Positions 38,201-53,012 of a DNA stretch of 64,000 bases are shown piece after piece. The stretch comes from Podarcis liolepis (Eukaryota), in the NCBI GenBank assembly GCA_965112155.1, contig OZ218099.1; one strand, 5' to 3'. Within the stretch, counting starts at the first letter, position 1, and the number at the start of each line of letters is the position of its first letter. The notes beneath the pieces were generated by a model, which was not told where the DNA came from, did no database searches, and saw nothing but the letters and a program-made list of their open reading frames with translations. The position numbers and the translations under genes are program-made.

Positions 38201-39319
38201 GAACAAAATTCGGTGAATGAATCATTCATTTCTTAAGGATTAACTGGGTCATTATATTTAATCCTTCTCTAAACTGGTGGACATGTGTTCCGCTTGACTG
38301 TAACATTTTCACTGGATTTGTGTCACATTATGTTTACTTGCTTCTTAAAAGACTGAAAAACTAATGTGCTGTAGAAAACCAACTCTATTGCATTTCAAGA
38401 TCCATTACCTGATTTTTCTGTACTTTCAGATACACAAATATATATACTGTTTTAATGTACTTGCTGAGAACAGTAAGGAAGCACCACCACCAGGGACAAG
38501 TGCATAACTCCTAGTGCATGTGTGATCCAATTGTATGAAGGAGATAAATACAACAGTTCTAGCCTAAAATTAGACACAGCCCAATAATTGGTGATGGTGT
38601 CATGATTAGACCTCTGAATCTTCCAATATCCTAATTTCTTGAAACATGTGGATCCCCAAATTTTAATATATCCCTGAGAAAGCATCTGCAAAGGGTATTT
38701 AACAAGTCTTATTTCTGAAACATTCACATCTCAGGGCAGCACCTACAGTCACGAGAAATTGACACTAAATTTATTTAGGAATGTTTTGTCATAGGGACAG
38801 GCACTCTGTGAGAGAAGGACACCCTCAAATGCTCTCTAGTGTTAATCTGGATTCGATATGGGTATGTCCTTACTAGGCTCTGCTCTTTTGCAATATCATT
38901 GTACCTATGAATATAAGTCCCTCATCTGGTAAATGTGGCCCGTACCGCATGGAAAATATTATCTCTGAGAAATAATAAAAAAGCATACACTTGTAAACCA
39001 AAAATGATCAAAATTTGCAAAATTAATTCAACATACAGAATAACAGATTTTGATGCGAAAATTAAAAGTTTAGAAACATATTGTTTCTGTTCGAGTGCTT
39101 AAAAAATCATTAGTATGGAAAGATGGGGTTGGAAACCCTTAATTTTTGTGATGTAGACCCTCTCCCCCAACAGCTACAGTCCTTAGCAAGGTGAAATGGG
39201 ATTATGGCTTAGATACAATTGGCGAGAGTCATGTGGTAGGATTTCTTTAAGGGCACCCCTAACCATTTCTTCATAATCCCCGCAGCCCCCCCCCCAATTT
39301 AATAAATAATAAATTAGAC

Positions 39320-39455
39320 CAGGCATAGGCAAACTCGGTCCTCCAGATATTTTGGGACTACAACTCCCACCATCCCTGATCACTGGTTCTGTTAGCTAGG
39401 GATGATGGGAGTTGTAGTCCCAAAACATCTGGAGGGCCGAGTTTGCCTGTGCCTG
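39320..39455. mobile_element. Near-palindromic hAT-type MITE
   Basis: CAGGCATAGGCAAACTCGG...CCGAGTTTGCCTGTGCCTG, flanked by (a/g)attagac (7/8 TSD match). Confidence 0.85.
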
Positions 39456-39459
39456 GATT

Positions 39460-39701
39460 AGACAAATTAATGGAGGCTATCAGTGGCTACTAGTCTTCAT
39501 AGTCATATGCTGCTTCCAGAATCAGATGCACCCAGCCTCTGAACACAGTTGCTGGGGATGGGGAATAACAGCAAGAGGCTACTATTCCCACATGCCCTTG
39601 CTGTGAGCTGCCCATAAGCATCTGGTTAGCCACTGTGAGAAAGGGGTTGGGCTAGATTCGCCTTTAATCTGATCCAGCAGAGCTCTTCATGTATTCTTAT
39701 G
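39460..39701 (+). mobile_element. CR1-type LINE 3' end
   Basis: catctggttagccactgtgaga...ctgatccagcag..ctcttc..gt.ttcttatg terminus, typical of lizard CR1. Confidence 0.6.
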
Positions 39702-42700
39702 ATTCGGCAACGTACACATACTTCTGTACTTCCTGGGATTATCTGGTGTTTTGGAACAGAAAGATTTGATATTTATATATTACTCATTTTTCTGAAAGGC
39801 TTACCACTGACACCTGAACATTCCCACAAATATACCACAAAAGCTAAATGCCATCACTCAAGTGAAAAATTCACACAAAATCTAAAATGCAGACACCAGT
39901 TGTTTGTGGAATGTTACAGAATAGATTGTAGACATACTGAAACCTGCAGCCTGCCATTGCATCTCTCTTTCACTAAAAAGTGAAGAGAATGCAATTTATT
40001 GCAAATTCTATGTATCGTTTATAAAAGTGCCAAAATTTTCTTGTTTGCTTCAGTGGTAATTGGTTATTAAAATTGTAGGTTGGGCTGACCAAGCTATTCT
40101 TCCTGGGCTTACAATTTGTTCACCCTGTTTCACACCTGGACATAATAATTCATTCTTCTGTACGGTACTGACTACTATCCCAGGTAACCTATGCTATTTC
40201 ACAAATCCAAAGAAAACAATCCTAATCTTCATGACCCAGATCAAGCTACTACAACAAGAGAATTTTAGCAATGTCTGCAGCACCTGCAGCACTCTTCAAA
40301 ACACCATTTGAAATTCCCTTTTCATCGTTCTGATAACACCATTATTTGCTGCAGCAGAGCAACGAAGCTATGTAGTCCCTGATCCAAATCTCTACCCAAG
40401 GATGCTTTCCATCCCTGCTCAATATCAGATGCTATGGTATACTATGTGAATGCAGAAATGGTCCATCAAAGGTGCTTATTGTGCCATACAAAATATCATC
40501 AAGTGCTGTTGTACTCAGTTAAACCTGGACATGCTACTTATAGTCTCTGCAGGCTGTTTAACAATTTTGACTTCTACTCTGAAGGAAACTGAAATCCAAA
40601 ATAAGAGGTCAAATCAAAACAACAAACAAACAATAAACCCAATTTGGCAAAAATCAATAAATAAAAGAGGGTTGGGGGAAGAGAAGTGGCATTATTTACA
40701 AAAGATGATGGTTATGAACAATCTTAGCAGTGCCATTTTGGCACTGAAAAGACAACAAAAATGTATGTGCCTGGATATGCCAGAAACCCCAAAATTTTCA
40801 TTCTAGCTTTCAGTACAAAATTAAAAGATTAATGAAACATAACCAGTGAAATGAGGCACAACAATACCTACTAAGTCAAGCTTTTCACACAAGCACACTA
40901 ATATGTAACATCTAACCCTTATCCCCACATTTCACTTGCTTGGCAGGCTAACGTAGTAGTGAATTAGAACCATGAATAGAAGAAGTGAATAACATCTGGC
41001 AACTCCAATAATGCTGGCAGTGAAATTGCATTAGTGCTCTACTTTGCTCAATTATTCTACAGTTATATCACAAATATAAGTTGCAAGGAATAAAGCATAA
41101 TTCCCAAACATAATGCCCACAATGTAAACTTACCAATTTCCTTTGTTGAAAGGGAAATGTACAATGTGCCTATGGGGAATTTCCACTCTGTTCACCAACA
41201 CTGTATTCTCGCAACTTGGGTTTTGGCACATGTGCCGTAACATGAGTGTGTTTCATTAATCTGCACCAGCTTTGGCTGGTATGCCAATTGTTCCCCTTTC
41301 CTGGAGAGAGGTCTGCCTTAGCCACAGTAATCCATGCTCTAGTCATGCCGTGGCCTGGGTACTGTAATCTACGGTATTGTGCTCTCTGTTGGGGCTGCAT
41401 TTGAACTTTCCTTCAGCTAGTTCAAAATACAGCTGCCAGAGTCCTGACAGCTCAACCATGTAATACCACTTGGGCATGGAAGTTGGCTCATGTAACACCA
41501 TCATTACAGCAAGTGCACTGTTTGTCAATGCATTCCTAAGTGCTAGCTTTAATAATTAAAACTTTTAACAAATTTGGCTTGATATATCTGAAGGACTGTC
41601 TAAAGCGTTAATATCAAATTGACCATAGGTTAAAATCAACAACAGAGCCCTCCTAGTCTGCCCACCAGTTAGTTCAGGGAGGTTCTTTTCTGTGGTGACC
41701 TCACAGCTCTTGAACTTCATAACAACTTATTTCTGGAAGGCTACCACACGACAGTGTTTTCAAAAGCCTTGGAAATCTACCTGTTTCAGGTAGTCTTCAC
41801 ATGACAGATATCTCTGAAGTTTTTATTGAGCTTTTAATTGTACTATGAAATTAAGTTGTATTAGGGTTGCCATATGAGGGGTACTCAGAAAAATGGCCTA
41901 TTCATATTTAAAAATAAAAATAAATTTCCATCTGAGTTACGAGTAATTTTCAGGAGATGTAAACAAAGTAATTCATTCTGACATTCCATTTTGGCATTTC
42001 TGGACATAGTAACCTGTTGTACGGTATCTCTAAGCAGTAACATGAAAGGGCACAAGGATTTCTTATGCATGTTCACAAAATGGTTTTCAATAGTATACAT
42101 GGATTTCTTCCTTTAGCAGTTCATCTAAGTCTCAGCATGACAAGAGACAACAGGGCAACAACTCTAGATCCTGTATGGTACCAGCCTATAAAGACCTGCA
42201 TTTTGCAAGCAGATTCTTCCAAGAGGTTAACCTACTCTTCCAAGTTCTCTCAGTGGTAGCCTCTTAATTATGTCAATATGCATATGAGTGTTACATAATC
42301 TTGCCTCCTGGGCTAGAAAAGGAGGATATCTGCATGCAAATATTCATTAAAAAGAAGCCAGCAATAATATCGTAATATCTTTACATACATAAAAGGAACT
42401 TGGCCTCAAAGCAAAAGATGACACACTACATTTGTATGCAAAGAACACCACACAGGCTCATTTATGCCTGGGTATGTGAGTCTTGTACCGACAGCAGAAT
42501 GTATTAATAATAAAACAATGAAATAAACTAGCACAGGAGGGCTTCAGATTTAGGGGATGATTGGAGAATACTAAACCATGATCTAAAGAAACCCGGGACT
42601 GTTGGAAACTTGATCATATACTGCTGGAACTCAGAGGAAGAATATGTGACTGCGTGCCTAGTCAAGTAAAAAAGTTTAGCAGAGCATAGTCTGGGGTGAT

Positions 42701-43924
42701 CCATATTCTAAAGAGTAATCCATAGTGTGGCACAGGTACCTTACAGGGTTTACGGAACATGATTTTTCTTCCTGTCATATCTCAGGCTTTTCTGTGCATA
42801 ACACAGTAGAGCGTGGAAACTCATGTCTGCATAGGGTTTCTCTTTGCTGGATCAGGATGATGGACTAAAATGAACTAGCCAAGAATGGATAAGAAGCCTC
42901 CTCTCAGGGAGAGCTCAGAGTTGTGAAACTGCATCACAGCAGTAGGGAAACTCAGGCAAATATGCCCCTCCAGGCCTCTCCATCTAGGGTACTTTCCCTA
43001 GGCCATGCTCCCCTCCTCAGGCCACAACCCCCTCTTGTGAGGCTTCCTATACCCCTCGCTACCTGTGTTCTGCATCCTCCCTGAGTGCTTTTGCCTGGTG
43101 AAATAAGTCTGTGAACTGACAATACCTATTTCTTGGATGGAGAGGTCTGTGTGTGCAGAAATCTCCAGCTTCTACATGGTTGCAGTACAACCTAGTCACA
43201 TCTGTTGCCTAACCCACTTTTGCCTCTGTCTTCTTCATTCAGTGGAAGGTTGCTTATAAGCAAATGCAGCTTTTAGGCTAATAAAGGTTTCCAACTCTGC
43301 TATATAATTTAATGAGACTTCATTAAATTTTGTCACCTAAGGTCACAAAAAGAAAGGAAGAAAAAGGACACAGCCTTAATTTACTTGAGCCGAAGTTTAT
43401 CTTCCAGTAATCATTTAAAATCACATTCAGCACAGTTCCAAGTTTTCACCGATTTATCTGTACACTGGAAAAATGCCTGCCAGATTGTGGGAATGTACTG
43501 TATAAGAAAAGAAGCCCCCCAAATACAATTGGCAACTGCAACCACCTTTCCCGCTCTCAGATGGATTTCACCAGCTTTCCTTTTTGTAGCTCCCCCTTTT
43601 CTTCTCCGTTAGATGCTGTGTTTGTTTGTTTGTTTGCTTGCTTCCTCCATACAGAACTTGGGGCTTCCTTACCCTCTGCTGCCTACTCCACTTTCCCCCT
43701 TTCTAGCTATTTGACCCTTCTCTCTTGGGTCTTCTCCCACCACCCTTGTTGGCCCCACCTTCCCCACAACTCTCTTTCCCCCCAGGACACTAGTTTTGCC
43801 TAGTGCATCTCCTCTGAGGCACTTTGGAGGTAGTCATTCACAGATGCTCTGATCTGGACGCAGTATGAGCAGAGATGACTTGGACTGGAGGTGCTAATGG
43901 CCTGGATGAGGGCCAATAAACTGA

Positions 43925-43985
<61 letters not shown>
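43925..43985. repeat. (AAT)n microsatellite
   Basis: Read directly. It explains the poly-Ile ORF. Confidence 0.95.
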
Positions 43986-44199
43986 TCTTTATTGTCATTG
44001 CCCCCTCTTGGGGACAACGAAATGAATTGTGACAAGATGATACTTTACTGGTGGGTTGCTTTGATGTCAAGATAATAGGTAGATGCCCTGTTTTGGATTA
44101 GGGTCAACTTCATTGAAGAAGTACCCACAGCACCTGCTTCTTCAAGGGAGTTTAACTCCTTGAAGAGTCCATGGAGGCGGCAGCTAGTGCAGCATGTTA

Positions 44200-44642
44200 C
44201 CTATTCTCCATGGTCTGCACATGGTGCAGGGACCAAATACTTGATGAAGTGCCTCTTCTGGTATGTCCCAGCCTGGTCATGGAGATCAGTAGAGGGTACC
44301 ACCAAAGCAAGGCTAAGGGATGGCAACTTCGCTGAGGACCTTCTCTCTGTAGATTTCCCAGCATCTGGAGGCATGTCTGTCATCACCTATACTCCAATTC
44401 TGTTGGATACTGAAGACATGCCTCTTTACCCAGGCCTTTGAATCTTACTGAGATTGCTCTTTAGGGTCAATGAATTTAACAATCTATGGGAATGTTTTAT
44501 CTTGTTTGCTGTTTAAAGGCTTGAGATTATTTATTATGATTTTGTATTGTTGTCTACCTGTGTATTTTATATTCTTATTCTGAGCTGCTCAGCAATTTTT
44601 TAAAAACTAAGATTGATATATAAATGGATTTAATAAATAAAT
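44200..44642 (+). mobile_element. Degenerate L2 LINE 3' fragment
   Basis: G..YL...L..Y.P...RS remnant, T-rich 3' region and ataaat/aataaataa tail. Confidence 0.55.
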
Positions 44643-47463
44643 GATCTAAATGAACTAAATAATGCTGTCATTTGCTTTCCTTCTCAGACATTATTTGGAG
44701 CTTAACAGTTCTCACTTTCTAAATTATATTCTCAGAAGAAATGTTTGAACAGCAGTTTTGAACCAGCAAGAGAGCCTTTGGGGCATAATTTGTGCTGTGA
44801 AAATGCCACCTGTCTGTGTGTTGAAGGCATTTTCCTTCCAGCTCACTGCATACCTAGAGCATTTGGACACCTAGTCAGAACTCTCACTCAGCAAATTAAA
44901 TTATCCAGTCCCAATAATTCCTGAGCTCTTAGATACTATAAAAATAAAGTTCTTTTGCTTGTCATAAGGAACATGTGAGCTTCTGTAAAAATAAATAAAT
45001 CATTTAATTGTTTGCACTGCTGTTTTTATATTATACCACTTAAAGGTTATTGCTAACATTACTTTCCAAGTGTGGAATCTAAGGTTTACTTTTGAAGTTC
45101 CAGTTCCAGAAGTATTTAGATATTTCAAGCTGGAAGACAGACTAAGAAAGGGAAGCTAGTGGGTCAGCTTCTGGATTTGTTTTGCTCAGCATGTACAAAA
45201 TGAGTGGCAGGCCAGATCAAGGTGCAATGAGGTTCTTAAAATGTGTTTATTTATTTAACTGCAGACCTGGCAGCTGGATGCTTACATAGTAATGTGAAGC
45301 AGGGGACCCAGATATTTGAATATATATATTTTTTGTCCACATAATATACGCTAACTTTGTTTTAGGTTCACACCTAAATACTTGAGGGTGCCTGTCAAAA
45401 ACTTGTCATGTTTATCCAGCTATGGATCAATATACCTTACTGTGATTGCTAAGAAATAGGATTGTTATTAATGCCTTGGATTCATACATCAACTGAAACT
45501 TTGTCTTTTAGCATTTCATGATAAGCACATTTGCATTTTTGTCTATCAATTCTGGAGATATATTACACCATCTCTATGCCATTCTTCATCTCCCGTAATT
45601 TCAGAAGAGGAAATTCTTTCTGGAAAGAGGAAAAAGCTTATTGCTAGAATGACAAATAGCCTTTTTGGCAACTTCTAATTTATTACAAGCCTGCCTCCCA
45701 CCCTACACAAACAGGATGTATGCGCGTGCACACACACACGTTTGGATCATTGCTCAGCAACTGAAACCTAGTGCTGATAAGGTTTGGGCTTAGGAGGAGC
45801 ACATGCTGCACTTTGTCAGAACAAGCCAAGCTCCCACCACAGGACTGGAAGTTGAATGGATTATGATTCCATCAGCTAGGCCTTAGGGAATACTCCATGG
45901 ACATGGTAAGGTATCTAGACACCCAGCAAAGTATCTATATACCCAGCTAAGATCTTTTACATCCCCTGCCACTGCACTCAGCACTGCCTCCTTTAGTTTC
46001 TTCCTATCCTTCTTGGCCTCTCTCTGTAGTGCTAAGACCTTCCTTTTTAGAGGTCAGACTTTAATTCCTGTTGGTGAAAACTACAGAGTTCTCCCCCAGT
46101 CCATATCCTGAAGACCATAAAGCACACTTTTCATGCATTTATGTATCTGTTGTAAGTTTCAGTATCTCCAATTTTAAATGCCAGGAGCGGTATCAAATTT
46201 CTTCATTTAAGTTCACACCGGAGTACCCTGGTGATGCAATTTCTGATCTTTGCTGGCTCCAATAAACATTTTTGTGAACCTATTTCCCCTCCATTCTAAT
46301 ATTTGACCTTCTATTGCAACGTAGACATTCAGTGCCATATTTTACACTATTTTCTCACCTGCTCATCCCCCATTTCTGGTCTGCCATCCTTCAGTGCTCA
46401 AAGCAATAACCCAAGACTATCTAACAGCTCTGCAGGGTTCCATTCAGACAACTGCCAGTCCTTGGCAGAGCAGAGCACATAAGAAAAATTCTCTTTCTGT
46501 TTTCACAAATGTGCATTGAAGAAATATGCTATTGCTCAAGGTCTCATCAGCATTTACTTTCATCTTTCCTCACATTTGTACCAAAAATACAACATCTTTT
46601 TATTATCTTAACAAATTAACAAGACATGGCAGTTCTGCTGCAATCATGTTATATAAACATCTCCCATGAAGATATATCATTAGATTATATTTTAAGCTCC
46701 CATATGTCATCAGAATTCATGCTGAAGCAACCTTACAAAGCAATCTTTATGACAGATTTCTATGGATTAACCAGGTTCCCCTCCCCTCTCCCAACAATTT
46801 TCTCTGACATTTTGTTAAAACTTTAATACTCTAAGCATTGACAGTTGACATCCTTTCTGACACTACTTTTACCAAACATCAGCATATGCGACAAAATAGT
46901 AAATGATGCCTTGCAGATTTAGGCCTCTTAACTTGAAATACACAGAAATGTGTTGGTAACCAATGGCACCACCAATTAACTCTATTAACTCTATTTTGCA
47001 CAATTCAGTTTTCTGGCTTCTTTCAGAAATCACTTAGATCTTCTAGATTTCTTTGCATTGTGTTGTTCTTGCTGCCCGCTGCATAAACTTTACAATGTGC
47101 CGTAAACATTACAGTCTTTATTAATAGGCAGCATGTATTTAAATAGCCTTTTATGCTCCAGCTGCTGGTGATGTACATGAAACACGGCATTTGATGTAAC
47201 TGGAGCTTATGGTGGGAAGGTGAGGGAGTATAGAAGGGATCTTAATGGCCATTTGCAGGCCTAACAGCTTTTAGTTTTTTACAGCCTAGAGCTGCCAACA
47301 TACGCAGATAGGGGCAAATCATAAGCATCACCATTATGGGCCAGTGCAGCTGGTAATTAACAGTTGCATAACACAAGCATCTCTGGCTTGGTTTCCTATA
47401 ATACATGTTTCATATCTATCTGTCTGTCTGTCTACCTATCTATCTATCTATATCTATCTATAT

Positions 47464-47811
47464 GGGGTCGTGGAGGTGCTGTGGTCTAAACCACAGAGCC
47501 TAGGGCTTGCTGATCAGAAGGTCGGCAGTTCGAATCCCCGCGATGGGGTGAGCTCCCGTTGCTGTGTCCTAGCTCCTGCCCACCTAGCAGTTCGAAAGCA
47601 CGTCAAAGTGCAAGTAGATAAATAGGTACCACTCTGGCGGGAAGGTAAACGGCGTTTCTGTGTGCTACTCTGGCTTGCCAGAAGCGGCTTAGTCATGCTG
47701 GCCACATGACCCGAAAGCTGTACGCCGGCTCCCTTGGCCAGTAAAGCGAGATGAGCGCCACAACCCCAGAGTCATCCGTGACTGGACCTAATGGTCAGGG
47801 GTCCCTTTACC
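47464..47811 (+). mobile_element. Sauria SINE (Squam1), near full length, preceded by (TATC)n
   Basis: gctgtggtctaaaccacagagcctagggcttgc.gatcagaaggtcggc.gttcgaatccc head and ggtcaggggtccctttacc tail. Confidence 0.9.
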
Positions 47812-50074
47812 ATAATATCTGAAGAAGAAAAAGGCTTCTCAATGCTTTGAGATGGGAAAGGCTTTGTTTCAAATGAAATTAGTTCACATTTCTATGGGAG
47901 ATTGAGGTGCAGAGGGATTTTGTTTAGTGGAAGGAGGGAGATTAGAAAAGTGGGGAAAGGCTTCATTGAATCTACTTTAGAGTTAATTGAATACTAGTTA
48001 TAGAAACTATCAGCAGATGGAGCTGCTGCTTTACTTAACCCATTTTAAAGAACATACCAAGGAGCAATTTCCACCCATTATAAATAGCAGTTTCAAAGGA
48101 GTGATTTTTGTCAGGAACCCAACAAAAGAAGAAAGGGTTATATTCCTCTTCCTCACCTGCTGCAATAACCCAAATGCTCAACAGACCCGCCCCCCTCCAA
48201 TGGTTGTGGGCATTTTAAAAAACACGCATATAAAGGCAAATATGAATTTAACATCAGATTTAGTTTGGCTCAAACACTGTGTTTAATAATGAGCGTTCTA
48301 TGTTTTCACATGCTAAAACAGCCAAAAATATCATTTTTTCTCCATGATTCTGCTTTTTCAAACATTTTCTTGCTGAGGACTATTAGTCCTAGGCTTCTTG
48401 CATGAGAAAGCTGCAGGAAAATCCAATGAAGGACCCTGCACCAAAAATACAAGGGGTAAGCATTACCAGAATAAGTCTCTTTTTTAAAATGGAGGCATAG
48501 TTTGTATGGTGTGTGGCAGGGGTGGGGAATCTCCAAGCCATAGGCCTGGCAAAATTCCTAATTTGGCTCCCTCAAACCATGGCCACCTGCCTCAAATCTA
48601 ATGTTGTATGTGCCATGAGGTGTGAACCAGGCTGGGATATGACTGTTTCAGTTGCACAGATGATCCCTGCAGAAAGCCGGGTTGAACTGACCGCCTGTAA
48701 TCTGTTAGGGCAGCGAATCCAACCTTGTTGTGCAACTGGCTTCCCTATGGGGAAGTGGGCCATGCAGCTGATTCTTAAAGAAAGCAGCTCTTGTGCTGCA
48801 GTTCCCAAGCACCCAGCAATCAGCAATTCACCCCCATTGAACCCTACTGGAGTATTGTACATATGTCAATAAAGGTTTGAGAGTCTGACATCTCAGCATA
48901 GCAAGGAAGGCTGTAACCAGGCGATCTTGCTTATTCAGTCTGCTGTACAGGTGTTAAGCACTGACTCAGAGCTCCAAGGCCCCTGCTCTGCCTTCTTATG
49001 ATTCTTTATCTTTAAATCAGACTTGGACTGCACATCGTTTCAGAAAACTCATTCCAAAAGAGAACAGCTCCCAAGTCCTTCACATTGGGGACTGTCATCT
49101 GTAAAGCAGTACACATGGTTCCCCTACTAGGGTAAGATTATGGGATAGCGTGATCAGAACAAGAGACTGAGGAATCTGGCTCTTGAGTTCTCGGTTGTTC
49201 TCTTTGCAAATCTGGAGGTCCAGTTAGTCAAGAAGAAGTGTGCTAAGACTCCTGAGTTCAATTTTATATATGGGGTGTATGGTATATCCAGATTTAGGTG
49301 AGAGAGGGGGGAGACAGATAATACAAAGCATTATCACTACTTTCACAAATCCATACCTTTTTTTTTTTTGGAAAATATTAAATTATGTTCATGTGGAACA
49401 AACTGTGCCGGATTTTCAGCCCTAGCTGGAATCTCCCTAGTGAGCTTTACTATACCTTCTGGCTAAATAAGGCGTCCTAAAAATCAGCCAAATCCCTGAA
49501 GGAAAATAAAAGGATTTAAACATACACAGCTGCCCTATGTTGCTTGACTTACAAAATTTAAAGAAATGTGTTCTTAAGAATCCATGACCTGAAAGCCTAA
49601 GGCTAGCCAATGGTCCATTTCAAGAATGGTCAAGTAGACTCTGAAATAAAATAATAAAGCATTCAGCCAGCCCACACCTTCTGGCCATTTAACAGCCCAA
49701 GATAAAATTCAGCTGAACCAAAGGAGGAGGAGTATAGCTAATTCTCGTCCATGGAGCAAATGTGTCACCGAAATGTTGAATATAAAAGTGAAGACAGATA
49801 TTCTAAAATGTGGTGGAAATGGTTTCAACATGCATTTGCTGAATTCTGAGGAACACATCCAAAGTGATACTTAACTTCCTGGTCTTTGCTGCCTGCTTGT
49901 TCCCTCAAATTCTGTATGATGTCTAAGATAAACAGTTTCCTGCTTACTAATTAAATGTCTCCTGTTCAACACTTCCACTAAGGAAATATGACACTAAGGT
50001 ATAGTGCTTGCAAAATGATCTCACACTGAAGGGACATGGGAAGAGCCAATATTGACTTTAGCACAGAGCACACT

Positions 50075-50300
50075 TGTCATCTAGTGGTTAGAGCGACAGG
50101 CTAGAACATTAGAAACCACAGGGTTCAAATTCCCACTTGGCCATTAACTTCACTGATTGATCTTGGGCCAGTAACTGCCTCTCAGCCTAACCTACATCAA
50201 AGAGTCATGGGGAAATAAATGAGGAACAGAGAACCGTATACACCACCCTGATCTCCTTGCAGAAGAGGGTAGGATATAAATGCAATACATTAAATAACAA
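50075..50300 (+). mobile_element. Old MIR/Squam3-like SINE
   Basis: tagtggttagagc...gggttcaaattccc...cttgggccagt...ctctcagcctaacctac. Confidence 0.65.
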
Positions 50301-52819
50301 ACAAAAACATTATAACATGGGATCATTTGGATGATGTCCATGAGCCTGACAGGCTTAAAGAGAACCAGAGAGAAGGTAAATTTTGTGTGCCTTTTTTGAG
50401 CCACAGCAGGACCAACCATGTTTATGAAGTAGGAAGACTTTAAAAAACCTTTGCCAGACAAAGGTGGGGGTGTGTGACTTATTGCAAGCAGAGATAAAAT
50501 ATGTTTTATCAAGCTCTGTAATGGAGAGTGGATTTGTTGACTGGGAGTTTACTGTTTCCACCTCATATGTCAACATTACCAGCTACTGGGTTTCATAGAA
50601 AACAAACCTAAGTATTTGCTTGAATGCAGGATTGTCAACATTCATAATGTAACTTATGGAGAACATATTGCTTGCCACATTGTATTTATAAATCCAGCAA
50701 TCTGTGTTGATGAGGTTCAGGAAAAAGAGTTCTTTGGAGGAGCTGCATCAGTGGTAACAAATGAGGCATTACATTACCGTCTATCACACTATCAGCATCA
50801 ACAGCTGAGATTTAAGGGGCTTCTGCAGAGGGTTGGAAACGCTTTTTCAATTATGAAATAGATGCAGGCCACTTCTGAAGGAGGCTGCAGATTACCTCTG
50901 ACAGCACTAGTAGTATAAACCAGTTTAAAGCTATACAGACTATCCATGGAAGTAAAGTCCACCAAACTCAATGGATCTAATTTCAAGTAGACATGCGTTG
51001 GGTTGCACTGTAAGGGAGAAACTAGGTGCTATGTTAAATACATGTATGCATTTAACGTAACCTTTTTGCTTTAAAAAAACTGCCATTTGGGGAGGGGGGA
51101 CCAGCATGATGGGGGAATTAAACTCCCTACAAGCTGCAATCTTGATGCATCCCTGCCCCCTCTGCTATTTTCTCTTGAAGGGAAGCTGCAATTGGATTGC
51201 AGAAACTCTAGAGTGAAGTAATTATGTTAGAAACTGACTTCTTATTTTTTAAAAAATGCATATTTGTAACCACAACCGTGGAAGTTTTTCTTTGTCCTTT
51301 GTCTTCCTTGTAAGAGTTTTGATTTTAACATTCATTCAATACCTTCTAATTTCTGGGCATTGTAGCTATGCCATGTTCAACTTATACACACTATTCTTGC
51401 AAATAAAACTTTAAAAATGTGAAATTGGCAAGACTTCCCCCTTCAATTCTGCAGCAGTCCTGGTAGACTTTCAAAGCAAAATGAGCAAAACATTTTTTAA
51501 AACAAATAAATAATGAAAGCCATTGTTTTTGAAATGGTGGCATGATCTTCCTTGCTATAGATTCATAGAATTGGAAGAAAGAATATCACCGAGAGCACTA
51601 ATCAGCTCCTCAAGATTACAGGGATTTGAGTTCCGTCTTCCTCCTCCTATGAATAGGATGAGCATTACCAGCTGAGGATGGACTGTCTGAATGTGAGGCA
51701 ATTCTCAAAAAATTAAAATACGATTTTGTTTTTTATTCTTGTCATGTTTCAGGATAAATATTCATTTTGAGATAGCCCAGCCTTTCATCCTCCAAAGGAC
51801 TGGGAGAAGCAGAGCTGTTAATTCACAACAGCAAAAAAGTTAACAGTCTTTGCCATAGCAATTTGGAAAGACAGTATGTGCCAAGTTTATATTCCCATGA
51901 TACTGCACCATATGCATTTTGTAATTTCTGAAAGCTTGTAAAGTTTCCTACTGAAGTAGTCGTGTTACAACTTGCATGCCAATATGCTCTAGCAAACTTG
52001 CAATGGCATTTTCTCACATCAGTTACCATAGTTTAGGTTGATAGGAAATGACAACTGCATCCCCTAGCATTGCTAAAAGTTAGATGAAGCCTTGGCTGAA
52101 TTCTCTTAAATGAACTGCTGTTGTTGTCAGACATAAACTAACTCATCACTCCAGATTTCATAGATCTAAGGCATGGAAAATGAGAATATTTCTAATGGCA
52201 GAATGCAGCAACATTTTCATGATTCATACAGACTTTGAACATGCTGTATTTGCAATACAAACAAAATACTGATTGAAAAGGACAAAAGTAAGTTTGGATG
52301 GCACAAAGTGTTCATTCTGTGCAAATGTCATTCCAATCTAATAAATATAAGATTCCATGTGGGTTAGTGTTTCATTATATTATTTCATAATCTTCCATCC
52401 AATGAAACATTGCCTTCCTTTACACTACTGGGGTCTCTTAACGATCCAGCACTTTGAGTTGGCTCATGCAGTGCAAATCTCCCACATGTTTGCCACTGGA
52501 GAATGTGAGGCCACACCTGGGAGGTGCTCATAGGTTAGTGCTCCCACCCAGGGGCCAACTAAGCAGTTGCAATGACCTGTGTGATTATGTTATCTTACTA
52601 ATTGCAGTAGATGCATGGACAACGCCATGTAGATGGCACTGTATAATAGAGAATACCACCCTTGTAAGAGCCTAATTGTGAAACCCTGCGGACTCCCTAA
52701 GTAGCTTCTCTAGCCTTCCCTGAACTAACATTCTGCTACCTTCATTGATTTTGACACTCCCATTCCAAGGACCAACCGAAGTGGTGCAGCACATGACACC
52801 CCCTCTCCAAATTAAGATA

Positions 52820-53012
52820 TAATAATAATAATTTTTCTTTATACCCCACCCATATTATATTTTTTAAAAAAACAACCTAATAAGACATAAAAAATGTCCC
52901 AATACAGGGCTGCCTTCAGATGTCTTCTAAAAGTCAGATAGTTGTTTATTTCCTTGACATCTGATGGGAAGGTGTTCCACAGGGCAGGCGCTGCTACCAA
53001 GGAGGTCCTCTG
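52820..53012 (-). mobile_element. L2 LINE 3' end
   Basis: Minus-strand peptide APALWNTFPSDVKEINNYLTFRRHLKAALY is typical of an L2 ORF2 C-terminus. Confidence 0.75.
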